A DNA stretch of 64,000 bases. Origin: Psammoneis japonica. Lineage: Eukaryota. The notes beneath the pieces are model-generated. The model saw only the letters and a list, made by a program, of their open reading frames with translations. It had not been told where the DNA came from and ran no database searches. The stretch spans positions 1-64,000 of the forward strand of contig QPGO01000066.1 of assembly GCA_008632985.1 (NCBI GenBank), in the 5' to 3' direction. Of this stretch, positions 37,250 to 49,148 are shown one piece after another. The number at the start of each line of letters is the position of its first letter. Positions within the stretch are counted from its first letter, which is position 1. The translations under genes and the position numbers were made by a program.

Positions 37250-37860
37250 CACACCCAAAACAGGCCAGTCCATTGTTGTGCAGTCTGTGTCTCCATTGTC
37301 AGCCCCCAGTGTTGTGCGCCAATCTGAGCATCATCTGCTGCACCCTCTGACTCTCCATCCATTGGGTCCAGTCAACCACCAACAGGAGTGGTGCTTTTGT
37401 CAGATCTGTGGACAGCAGCACACTGCTGTCCTTCTGCTTTGAGCTGCATGCCAAGCAAAGCTCTGAGCAGAGCCGCTGCTGCTGACAAACCTTCTGCTGC
37501 TCTGTCTGCTGCACCAAATCAATGTCCAACAGGCCTGTCATCTGGCTCTGCACTGTCTTTGTCTCAATCTGTGGTTCTCAGCAATGTGACATCATCTGCT
37601 GTGCCCCACCCAACATGCTCCTTCTGTTGTGCCTGGTCAACCACATGCATGCAGGACTTGTGCATTTGTCTGTTCCAAGCCAACCCCCATCAGAGAAATC
37701 TGGTGTCATGCCATCTTTCTCTCCATCCATGGTTCCCAGCAGCACTGTGCCAACATCAGCATCATCTGCTGCACCCTCTGACTCTCTCTGTCTGTTGTGG
37801 GTCCAGTTGTTTGCTGCACCCTCCACCACACCTTCTGTTGGGGTCCAGTCAATCACCTGC
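37250..37860 (+). pseudogene. Decayed Pro/Ser-repeat surface-protein remnant
   Basis: PSQPPSEK...PSFSPSMVPSSTVPTSASSAAPSD, with an internal duplication of gcatcatctgctgcaccctctgactctc. Confidence 0.35.
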
Positions 37861-39251
37861 ATGACTTTTGCCTTTTTTGTCAGCTTTCTTGGTGGTGCCA
37901 TCATCTGTTTTGGGCAGTGCATGCCAAATGAATCTCTGACAGGCGAATCTGGTTTCATGTTGTCTTTTTGTTTCTGTCTGCAGTTGCTGTTGAGATGTCA
38001 CTGTGCAACGGAAGCTGTCATCTCTGCTTTCAATGCACCTCCCTTTGTCCCTTGCTCTCTCTCACAATGTTCTCAATGCAACTTTTTTCAAGTGAGGCAT
38101 GAAAGTGGTGCTCTCATCACTGCAAATGCAAGGATGATGTTGTTGTGCTGCAGCAACAAACATTTGAACAACACACATGGTCAGTGCCACCCAACACAAA
38201 CAGCAACTTTCTCAAAAGCTCACTGGCACCTTCTCAAAGAGCTGCACAACTTTGCTGCTTTTGATTTCCTTTTTGGCCACAGCCGCCCCCAAAAATCCAA
38301 ACAGCCTTGGACAAGCATTTTCCATTTCAAACACTTGAGCTGGACCACAAAGCAGTGCAAAGTCATCCAGGACAGCAGAACACATTGCACATGCTCTGGG
38401 TGTGGCCAGGGAGCTCCACCCAGTTTTCTCAAACACCCAAGAAGCAAACTGCCATGACAAAGATGTTTGTCATTTGAGCAATCTAAAACGAAGCACTGGC
38501 ATCTGTTGAAAACCAGACTGAAATCTTGGGGCTGCTGTTGTTGCCTTTTTGTGTGTTTGTCATTGATGTTGTTGGAGCACACCATTGCTTTTACTGATGT
38601 GTGCTTCAGTGCCAGGCAGAGCACATGACAGTTTTGTTTGCTTGAAGAACTGACAAAACCTTGAGCCTCTGTGGCTCAGCATGTCAGCTGAGACAGAAAA
38701 TCAATTGGTTGGACTTTGCCACTTTGTTTGCTGCCATTGATGTGGAGCTTGGTGGACTTTATGGAGCTTTTCACTGACATGAGCCAGCACCTCAAAGTGC
38801 ACAGTCAAGTCACAACTGCAGCTCCCTCACTGAGAAACGTTTGTCAGTGGCATGTGCAAAGGTGGTGGATTTGACAGCCCTTTGTGTGTCAGAGAGTGCT
38901 GACTCAGTCTCAGCCACAGAACAATGCTCTGCCAAAATCCAAAAAGGAGGGTGAAGAGGAAGTGATGGTGAAGGTGGAAAGGAAAAAGACATGTAGAAGT
39001 TGCCTTTGAGTGGAAGGGGAAAGACAAAAATAGAATGTATGATGGGCAAGAAAAGCTCTTGTAAGTGGCCAAAGAATTTTCTTATTATATGTGTGTGTAG
39101 TAACTGCTGCCTTGGAAACTCTAACATGCATCATCGGGGTTTGCAATTTGCCTGTATGTGTCACGTTAATCGTCGGAATTGTGAACTCACATCATTTCTT
39201 TTTCCCCTCCTCATGAATCGCCATTAAATTTCTGACTAACCTCTTGCCAGA

Positions 39252-40912
39252 CTACTTGGTGGTTCGGAGGAGAGTGCGCTTCTTCTTTCCGCAAGTTGAC
39301 TGGGCGTAAGTTGACTGCAGAGCATCTTTTTCTTCCTCTTCAATGACGCCATCCTCAACAAGATCCTCGAGTTTGTGAGCAGTACAGCTAACATAATTGC
39401 CGTGGTTCTTCCAGTCACCATTGCACGGGCAATCCGCGTCAACAAGCAAAGTAATTTGGGCATTCGAGCATCCGTGCTCATTAGCGGTTGCACCGACTGC
39501 AGTGCCGGGACATTTGTCAATGCATTCCGACACACCATCGCTGTCTTCGTCGCCGCAATAGAAGAGGTCGTCAAGAATGGCAACATTTGAATCATATCTC
39601 CCGAGCGAAGACAGTGAGTTTTTAGTGCACACTGTTGTTGGGTTACAGCAACCATATCCACCTACTACGCATCCAGGGTGATCGTTATGAGATGAACACC
39701 CCGCGGCGATTTTCGGTGTTGGCGTCATGCCCAGATCAAGGACAGCAAGGGATATTCCGAATCTCATGGTGACATCCCAAGTCGGATCACGTCGAATCAA
39801 ACGGATCTCCTTGATGTCCAGTGAACCAGGCTCAAATGAAATGATCACAAATGCGCCAGTCGAATACTGCGTCCAGGCAGGATCGATGTTGTCGGGAAAA
39901 CCAGGGACTGGATCATAGTCGCCAGACTTGAATTTATTGGCGCCCACAAGTAGCTCGTTTTGCCCATCCAAGTTGAGATCACCTGCAGCGACACCTGTTC
40001 CAAAACCAGTGCCTAAAAAATCCCCCACGTTCGCAAGACTGTACGCTTGTGCTTCCGATATTTCTTTGACACTTTGTAGTATTCCAGCCTGGTCAATGGA
40101 CAAGATCCAGACAAAACCGTCCCCTCCAACCGCGTAGTCCTGAATTCCGTCTCCATTTATGTCGCCAAGGCTACAAATCTTCCTGGTACCAAAGCCAACC
40201 GTGCTTAAACCTTGGGATAACAAAGGAAAACGGAACAGCGTGAGTCGGAAAACGGGTTCCGCCAGGAAATTACCCAGTGAAACCACAGCTACAGCATCCA
40301 AACAAGGTTTGGGAACTTACCGGATGGAAACTGGTTAGAAGATATTGTTTCCGTTTTGACAACCGAGGGATCACCTGAAGTGACGTGGCCCATGAACAAG
40401 AGCTGCAAGTTTCCTTCATTATCTCCCACGATGATATCATCGACACCGTCGCCATCAAAATCTGCAGTTGCCAGAGAAGAATATCCCCATTCGCCGCCAA
40501 ACCCGTCAGGTGTGGACAGGAAGTAATCCAACACTTCGGGAACTCCAGTAGAAGCGTCAAGGTGATAAAAATGAATACGCCCCAATGAGCCGACCGCTAA
40601 ATACACCTCAGCGGTGCCTGTGAAATGCCCCGCCGTAATCGAGGAACCAAAGTGCCCTCCAGCTCCAGATGGTGGTTCATCATAATCATCGCTGTGATCC
40701 TCCGTTCCGTCCGGACGGAGGAAGGTAACACCGAATCCTTGGGTGCCGTGATGACTAACGGCAAGCACATCGTACCCCGCAATAATCTCATCCCCACCAA
40801 CGAATGCCATGTCATCTGCGCCGTTTCTCTTGTCGTCATACGTCAAGATCGTAGGCGTTGCTAGAGCCTCCGTCGCCAACACCGTCATAAGTACCAAAGC
40901 CGTATGCTTCAT
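39252..40912 (-). CDS. Secreted FG-GAP (integrin-alpha-like propeller) protein with TSP3-like repeat and C-terminal Cys module (frameshift near 40295)
   Basis: Signal peptide MKHTALVLMTVLATEALA. Repeats ADFDGDGVDDIIVG, GDINGDGIQDYAVG and GDLNLDGQNELLVGA. Then DEDSDGVSECIDKCPGT and CPCNGDWKNHGNYVSC. Confidence 0.8.
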
Positions 40913-41841
40913 GTCAATCGATTTGTCTTTCGGGCCTCAGTTAGTTTCTTCTTTTTGTGCTGCACTTTCCTTTGATGCGTTATTATAGCGACATACAATA
41001 TAGCATATATACAAGTGAGATATAAAGTAGAGTCGAAACAACATAACGCACATTAACGATCAACAACGCAATTGTCCCAACTGTTCTCCATGCTCATTCT
41101 ACACAAGTCACTTGCCTCTCTAGAGATAGGGCGTCAGTCCAATTGAGTTTGATCGTTTTGAGTGTTCTCCTCCTTCTTTGTTAGGATTACCACACGTTGT
41201 GGTGGTCTGAATTGACTTTTTCTGTTTCGATTTTATGTAGCGCTGAGTTTTCCGTTTTGTTTTTGTTTTTTTTTTATGCGAGAGACAAAGAAACGAATGT
41301 AGCGATGTTGCGATCGATCACTTTTGTGGGCTTCGCATTTCCTGGAAAAGAACATTCTTTGGTAGGAAACATACCGGCACCATTCTGTTATTTCACCGCG
41401 AGCTCAGTCGTCCATCGGTGTGTTTCCCACTTTGTTTCGCTTTCTGCGGAATTTTCTTGAGTCACGATAACGAGCTCACGATAGCCTTGGCTTCGGATTG
41501 GTCAAAACAACATGTGTGTTGTCACCGCCGGAACATGTGTGTTGTCACCAACGAGAACTCTGTGTTTTTTGAAAAACGGAAAACGGCGAGCACCAGTGTC
41601 TCTCGATCACCCGAGCGGATCTGATTGAAAGATTTTCATCATTGAAATTCGAAATACACGAAGAGTGCATTGAATTTTCACACTCTCTAATGACGTGATC
41701 TGGACGTGATCTTTTATTGTTTCCAATTCATCTCTTCATTTCATCGCAACCATCATGACGTCGTTCATCTGCTTGCTGCTCTCTGCAGCATCGCTGGTCC
41801 TTTCGTCTCTGCTTCAAGTCCATGCCGACCACGAGTCCTTT

Positions 41842-43496
41842 TGCACCAAGCCAGCTCTGTGTCTGATCTCAAAGTGAGCAAGAGAGGTCATTGCTGTGCA
41901 AAAGTGAAAATTGTGAGGAGTTGTCTGGCACTCGTTTGTTCTGCTCGGAGTCTGAACCTGAGTCAGCTTCGGCAAACTGCTCTGAGTCAGGTCTCGAAGA
42001 TGTCTTTTGGATCTTTGAGAGCCGATGTTTGCAGAGTGCAGGTGAGCGCATTGCACTTGCTTCCCCAAGAATGTTGCATCCTCACCCACGTCGGGTGGGA
42101 AATGTTCTAGATGCCAGGCGGATTGTGGGGATCCTGTTGTCAATTTCTGTGAAAGACAATTCGCCCGGTTGCTCCAGCTCCTCCAGGTGCGTGACCTGAG
42201 TGCATCTCGGATTGTTTTCAAGAAAATGGATTTTTGGCTTGGCGAGTCAACACCAGCTCTGCACGGCCCTCTTCATGCGGGTTGTTTTCATCTTCCACGG
42301 GAGTTTCTTTGTTTGCGTTGTCGAAGTCCCTGACGGCATCACCACGCACTGAGTCACGCGTCACATCAAATTTTGCTCGTTCTGTTTCACAAGGCTCATT
42401 TTGGGCGATGTGGTTTATTTCTTCCTGGAAACGGCACCACTCTTCGGGTTTGTTGTTTTCCGTTCCGGCGAAGCACTTGATTTTACATTCCGTGATGCCC
42501 GAATCTTCTTGCACTCAGGGTCATCTTAGAGAGCGTGAGTGACAAACTCTGCTTTGCTTAATTTTTTTGTCTGTTTTTCTGGGAGAATTGAAATCGGCAG
42601 AACAACGTGAGACACATTTCAGCAATGCGCTTCCAAGCGACAATTTGCGTTGATCTGCACTGCTGTCGTTTGCGAGATCAAAACGCTGCAAGTGATGTCA
42701 CTGTGCACCAAGCCAGCTCTACGTCTGATCTCAAAGTGAGTGAGAGAGGTCATTGCTGTGCAAAAGTGAAAATTGCAAGGAGTTGTCTAGTGCTCGTTTG
42801 TTCTGCTCGGAGTCTGAACCTGAGTCAGCTTCGGCGAACTGTTCTGAGTCAGGTTCGAAGATGAACGCTTTCAGTCGATCAAATGGGGGACTGCTGTGGA
42901 ACCTGGTATGAATTCATGCACATGCTTCACCGTGTTGTAAAATTGACAGCATGACGAAAGCACGGTGGAAAGCCACAACTGCTTCTGACCACATTTGACA
43001 ATTGGAAGAACACTCCACATAATGACAGTTGTCCTTTGACATGTCTGACAATGAGTTGCGCTAGTTTGATGTCGGAATAGAAGTCATTCGTCGATCACAG
43101 CTCTGCAAAGCATCGCCAGATAATTGCCAGCGATTTGCACGGCAATTTGGCGAGTAATTTCCCGTGCTTCACCGTGGTGAACTTGGGAATTGTCCAAAAC
43201 AGTCCTTTTGACAAAATTCGGAACGAAAGCTTCTGCACACATGAGAAAACATGCATCTAGGACAAGCTAGATGACGTCACTTTCCTTCCAATTATCATTT
43301 GGACGTTCTCCGCCACTTGCCTTTGTCATCGTGCTTTCACCACATGATTTTGATTTACAAGACGGTGAAGCACGGTCCGCAGAATTCTGCGCTGTTTGAG
43401 TGCCGCAGTCCCCCACTTGCCCGATTTCGAAAAACTGAAAGCGTTCATGTCTTTTGGCAAAGAGCCGATGTTTGTAGAACAGGTGAGCGTGTTGCA
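41842..43496 (-). mobile_element. Internally deleted LTR retrotransposon (LTR - gag-like fragment - LTR)
   Basis: LTRs at 41842-42055 and 42704-43496 (the latter split by a MITE) read TG...CA. TSD CCTTT at 41837-41841 and 43497-43501. Pyrimidine tract after 42055; gag-like ORF at 42218-42514. Confidence 0.85.
42863..43446. mobile_element. 584-bp non-autonomous DNA element nested in the LTR, 2-bp AT duplication
   Basis: TIRs GAACGCTTTCAGT / ACTGAAAGCGTTC and subterminal GGGGGACTGC / GCAGTCCCCC. The uninterrupted sister LTR reads CGAAGATGTCTT. Confidence 0.8.
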
Positions 43497-46400
43497 CCTT
43501 TTCGTTTGATTTTGGTTGGCACCATCAAACCGGTTTGACGGAATGAGCATTGCCCGACGACGAACCCCCCATTGACACGGATCCGGGAGACTTTCCAAAC
43601 GAAGCTCAATTCAATTGCTCATCTAAAGATTGGATTCCCGTGACACTTCCTCATGATGGTTTGATTGCCAGTGCACCATCGGAACAGGCGGGTCCGATTG
43701 GTTGTTCGGGAAAGTCGTGCATTGCTCGGCATGCACTGTGGCATCGAAAGAAGTTCTCTCCACCCCAAACGCGGAACTCGTCCAGTGTGTGGCTTGACTT
43801 TGAAGGAGCCTTTCGCAACACGACGGTGCACTTGAATGGTGTCAAGGTACAAAATCATGAATGTGGCTGTGCACCGTTTCGTGTCCGACTCGACGACAAG
43901 GTTACGTTCGGAAGAAGCTCCTCCTCAACGAATGTTGTTGCCGTTATTGTGATCCCGACAATGGGGATCAAGGCTCTCGGGATGGTGGTGTGAAGGCGGT
44001 GGCTTGCATCGATCCGTCAATTTGATCAAGATGCACAAGATTCACATTGAACCGGATGGGCTGTTTGCGCACAGCAGCAACATTACGAAAAGCAAGCCAT
44101 TGCGAATGTTCGAGTTACGATTGAAAACCAATCAAACGAACAAGCAAGCATCTGTGTCGGTTTCAGTTTACAGCATCCCAACGGTGCATTGGCTAGGAGC
44201 ACAAGAGCAATCAAACGTTGCTTTCAGCTGCGCAAGGCTCGACAACGACTGCAACCCAAGCTTGTGGAGCTTGTCCAATCCGACCCTCTACTCTGTTGTC
44301 ACCAAGGTTTTGGACTGCAACGACCACTCGAGTGTCTTGGATTCATCTACAGTCACTCACGGTTTCCGAACACAGTGCTACGATGCCAATCCAGGGTTCT
44401 TTCTCAATGGCCAGCGCTGCAAAGACCGTGGATTTGGTCAACAATTTTGCCGTGGTGGGCATGGCGGCACCGGATCGCATCAAGCTGTTTCGTGCCCAGG
44501 CATTGCGGTCGATCGGTGGCAATGCACGGCGCATGCCGGTTTGTCCGCGGTTTCCCCAAGTCTGCCACGTTTTGGTTCCGAACACAATGGCTCCTGCCGA
44601 TCCCAGACGGACGGCATGACAAGACATTTTTCACCCACGGCAAGTACGAAGTGCACATTGTCGAGTTGTGGGAATCTCCCGACAGTTGGAATGAAACCAA
44701 GGGCAACACTGCGCGGGTCATTCATGCACACTCGGATGCTCCATTCATTGAGTCACTAGTCAATGGCAAATCTCAAGGATCCAAACCTGTCATTCCAATG
44801 TCAACAGGACCGGGATCCGATGCCGAGTGGACCAACGTGCCACAGGAGGCTTGTTGACTGACTGCGGTTGCTCACGACGACATTGGAGACAGCTCGCCCA
44901 AGACAATTGATTCACCAATGCCAAAGCAAGTAGACTTACGATTAGCATTGATGCACCGCCTGAAGAAACAGGAACTGGCAAGGTTTTGCTTTTGGATGGT
45001 CAAGATGCTGCTTTGCTCAGAGTGTCCGTGTTGGATGAAAACAATCGACTCTTGATTGTGGCAACAAGCAATGTAATGTTTCAGGTCATCAGTGGTCCAG
45101 GCATTGTTCAGGGTGCGGGAAATGGTGATGCTCATGGTCACGAACCCAACAACGCTCCTTGGCATTCTGCGCACCACAGCTTGGTCAGGGCCGTAATTTG
45201 GGTCACGTCTGTTGCAGGACGATCGGAGAAGGAGAGAGCTGCGCTACAACAAGTCGATGTTGATGGTCCCATGAGTGCGATTGCTCAAAAGGACGTGTCA
45301 AGTTATCTCCACGAAAGTGACACAGTTGTGGAAGCTTGATCTCCAGGTTTCGCGCCTGTGAGAGTGACAATTCCGACCACGGTTGATGCATCCGAGTCTT
45401 CCGTCTTGTCCGTTGCGGAATCTACGGCTGGCAATCCAGTTGACTTTTTCGGAAGATCGACAGAGATTGTGATGGATTCATTCTATGCTGAGGAGTGGTG
45501 TAAGATTCCTGTAGTTTTGCAGTGTTGGCACTCTCATGATGGGGCCCAGGCGTCAATCTTTAAGAACAAAGAAGCTGCCTCCATTGTCCTCAGGGCGAGA
45601 CCGGCAGTTTGCATCAAATGGGCAATTGGTGAGCTCTGACATGACACAGTGCCATCTTGGGATGGAAGATTCCATCCAAATTTTTTCTTGGCTCCGCACC
45701 ATGTGGTTTTGGTGTGCAATGCTCATCTGTGTGTCCAGCCAGCAGACGGGCTGTTAGATCCTTGTGTGAGGTGCACTTGTCAACTTTTGAATGACAATTG
45801 TTGGACTGTGTGCATCTGTCAGGCAGCAAAAACCACCCTGTCTTCTTGCCAAAAACTGCCCTTCTTGCAGTTGACACGATGCAGCTTTCCTGAGAAATGC
45901 TGGCACTTGAGTTGTCACAACCTTGCATCAACAACAGTCTTCAGGCTGGGGGGCAAAGGAGACAGCACATGGCAACAAATGTTGTCATCATGCTCTGTGT
46001 TGTCTTGTGATGGGACAAAGAAAAGCAGGAGCTGCCAGCTGTCACTGACTTCATTTGGCAGAAATGGGTTGAGCACATTTTTCATGTTAGCAAGTGCAGC
46101 TGTGTGTTTTTTTGCACACACAATGCAAGAAGTCAAGTGCATTGACTTTGTTGTGATCATTGATTGACTCATTTCTGCAAGACCAGCAAGGCCAAAAATT
46201 GAGCATGGCATTTAAAAATGCTGCACAACTGTGTGCTGTCAACTTGGCAGCTGCCTTGGAGTGCCAGCTTGGCTTGCAAGCTTCAAGGTGCTTCTGCCTT
46301 CTGCCCAATGCGTCATCAGCAGCAAAAGAAGAGAACATCATCAGCAGCCAGCAAAAAAAGCCCAGGAGAAAGAGCAGGGCTTGGCAGCACTTTGCATTTT

Positions 46401-49148
46401 CTGCCTTGGTCATGGCCAGCTGCGTGGCAGACACCCACCACCTGTTGAGCGCAAGATGAGCTGTGCAGCGCCGTCTTTGTCAGCGCCAGTTGCACCTCTT
46501 CCATTGCCCCAATTTTTGCCACCCACCAGCAAAAGAACATGGGAGGTCAGGCAAATGTTGCAAGCCTGCAAAAACATTGCCAGTGAAGGCTCAGCAAGGT
46601 CAAAGATGGCAAGGACAAGCAAAGTTTTTCTCGTTCCGGGTGGGTTGCAGGCCCGCTGACAAGCCCCCCTGCAACAGACTTTGCTTTCCAGAGAGAGCTC
46701 AGCACATCTTTCAAGCAAGGAATGGAGTTGCCAAGCTCTGCTGCCCCCGCTCAGACAGCTCTGCCAAGAGTCAAACAACGTTGGCTTGTTTTTGGTCTTG
46801 AAAAAGTCTTGTGCAAAAAAAGTGCCGCAGCCCCACAAAAGAGTGCAGAGCACACTCTCATCTCTTTTCATTGGCACAGCTCCAAACACTGATCTGCTTG
46901 GCTCCACAGAGGTGAGCGAAGGGAAGAAGCCGTTTCACCAGCAGCTGTGTGTGCACAGCTGCGGTGCGCAAGATCCAGCTCCAGCAAGAGGGGCCTGACC
47001 AATGAAAGCTCTGACCAGCCACAAGAAATTCTGAGGGGGTCGAGAGGAGCAAAAGCCTGCTGGTGGCGCCAGCAATGCTGCTCATTGCTGAGAATCAGTG
47101 AGAAACCTTTGGTGGCAACCTCACACATCTGACACGCACACTGCTGGCGCATGCAAGGTGTGGAGGCAGATCGGCATTTTTTTACCTGGTGTGGGCAGAA
47201 GGTTTTGATTGACTCAACTCGAGCGAAGCGAGAGGAGTCATCTTGCAAAAGCAACCCAGATGTCAAAGTGGGGAGAACTGACAACTGCACAAGCACCCAT
47301 CACCAAAGGCAGCTGCACTCAAGGACAAGGAATGGCATGCAAAGCAAAATGCAACATGCAGACAAGGAGCTTGTGCAGAGAAACAGGGTGTCCAGCCAGC
47401 ACACCAGCACCAGCAGAGGAGGCTGCAAAAGGAGGCAGAGCACAGGAGCACAAAGAAGCAAGAACAGAAGCCACCACAGAGGGGGGGAGAGCCTGCACAG
47501 AGGACAGTGGCATGTGGTGTGCCTTGAAGAACCAGGTGGAAGGGGTGAACAAACAGTTGTGAGATGCTTTGCAGCACAACCCAGCAAAAGCTCATGCTGC
47601 CCCAGCAGCCCAGCCAAGAATCTTTGTGTGTTGTCCATGACCAAGCAGCACCATGAAAAGTGTTTTCAACACCACTTTGGGGTGTGACCCAGTTGTCATT
47701 GAGAGCTGCCTCACAAAAAACTGCTCCAGTGCTTGTCGACGAATGTCCAAGAAGTGCACGCGCGAAAGCTCGCCGGAGCTTGCTGAAGATGTCTCTCTGC
47801 TGCTGTGCACTGCTTCTGTCAAATGAGAGCACAAGCATGTGCTCCATGACCTCTTTGCAGAGCTGGGCAATCATCTTTGCAGCTTTGGTGTTTGGTGCAG
47901 CAGAGCTCCCAGCACAAGAATGCCTCTCTTTGCTGAGAGGCTCCAAGGCCATGGGAACAGCAGCAGTGTCAGCAGCAAAAAGCAGCTCTGCTGTGTGTTG
48001 GAGCAGCAAGCAGCCAGAGCAACAACAACAAAAGCAAAGAAAAGAAGAAAAGAGCAGAAGTTCACAGGCGTGCAGCATCTGAGGTGGGGCCAGAAATGAT
48101 TTCCAGCGTGTGCCAGTGCAAGGCAAGCAGCGGCAAAAGCAGGGTGGGAAAGCAAAGGCTTGCTTTGGTGAGGATGGCATGGGCAAAGTCAAGAAGCCAC
48201 ACAGAGAGAAACAAGCCAACTTGGTGCAGTCTTGGCACCAGGTGGTGGCCAAAGAGTGCACACCATTGTGCGCAGCAACTGCTTGTCAGGTGCCAGCCAA
48301 CAAGAGGGCTCAGCAGCGGCAGTGCTGGCCAGCTCCCAGCTGCCAGAGCTCAGCCAGCCTCTCACATTGACAACTCAGAACACTCTGTGGCAGAGTTGAA
48401 AAGCAAAATGCTTTGATCACTGTGTGCAGCATGGCGGCAGGAAGGAAGTGGGTGAGACAAGCTTGAGGTGAGCGAGTTGAGCTTGCTCTCCTCTCTCACA
48501 CACTGCAAAAGAAGAAACAACAACAGAGAGACAGGAAACAAGCAACAGCTGACAACAGCAATTCTTTCTGCTTGGGATGCCGTCACATTTTCTATGTTCA
48601 CTGTCCTCGTTGCTTGCGTGAGACTGGCGACATTTGTGCCACAAGATCTGTCTTCTCCGAGCGCGCTGCCGCATGACGGCGTTTTAAAGCTGTGTTTGAC
48701 TAACTTGATTAAAATGACAAAGGGGCAATGTGTGATGACTCAAAAAATTAACCCATTAAGTAAGTAACAATTCGCCTTTATGTACCGTACATAAGGCGCA
48801 ATTACTTAAAAAGGATGACCTTCCACGTCAGCGCTGTCGTTATGTACGGTATCCCACACTGTTTGACGACCTGCCGGCAGATCAAGCCTGCAAAATGCAG
48901 ACAAGAGCAGCTGTTCGTCACCGCGTGCGCGCGCCCCCCGCCCCAACGCGTGCGGTCATTGTCAAAAAGTCAATAGTCACTGCGGTCATCCGCGAATGCG
49001 GGTCACAAATCACAAGAAGCAAAAGGCTCGCGGATGTTGCAATGGCTACGAAGCTCGCTGTGAGCGCACTTTTCTCGGCTCTGCTAGCTACGAGAGAGAC
49101 TGTGCCTTTGTTGTGCAACTCCTCTTTCATTCGTCTTTCCCAATCAGC

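Larger units (their letters stand above)
17450..38990. other. TpA-depleted hypermutated domain 2 (nested transposons and gene fragments)
   Basis: ~21.5 kb with TA nearly absent outside A/T tracts. ORFs are dense in all six frames, almost Tyr-free, Cys/His-rich and mostly end in TGA. Confidence 0.9.
41755..45470 (+). pseudogene. Glycoside hydrolase family 2 (beta-galactosidase-like) pseudogene, split by an LTR element
   Basis: Signal peptide MTSFICLLLS...HESF (41755-41841) rejoins in frame to SFDFGW at 43502. Further motifs VTLPHD, LDFEGAF, WWCEGGGLHRSV, GFPKSA and GAGNGD. It has stops, frameshifts and lacks most of the catalytic barrel. Confidence 0.85.
41480..48700. other. TpA-depleted hypermutated domain 3
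   Basis: TA is strongly reduced. CpG is retained in ~41500-45450 but lost in ~45600-48600. Confidence 0.85.

Noticed and set aside
17450..38990. Hundreds of overlapping 60-300 aa ORFs in all frames
   Set aside because: Explained by loss of TAA/TAG stops. The Tyr-free composition lacks domain motifs except in the remnants listed.
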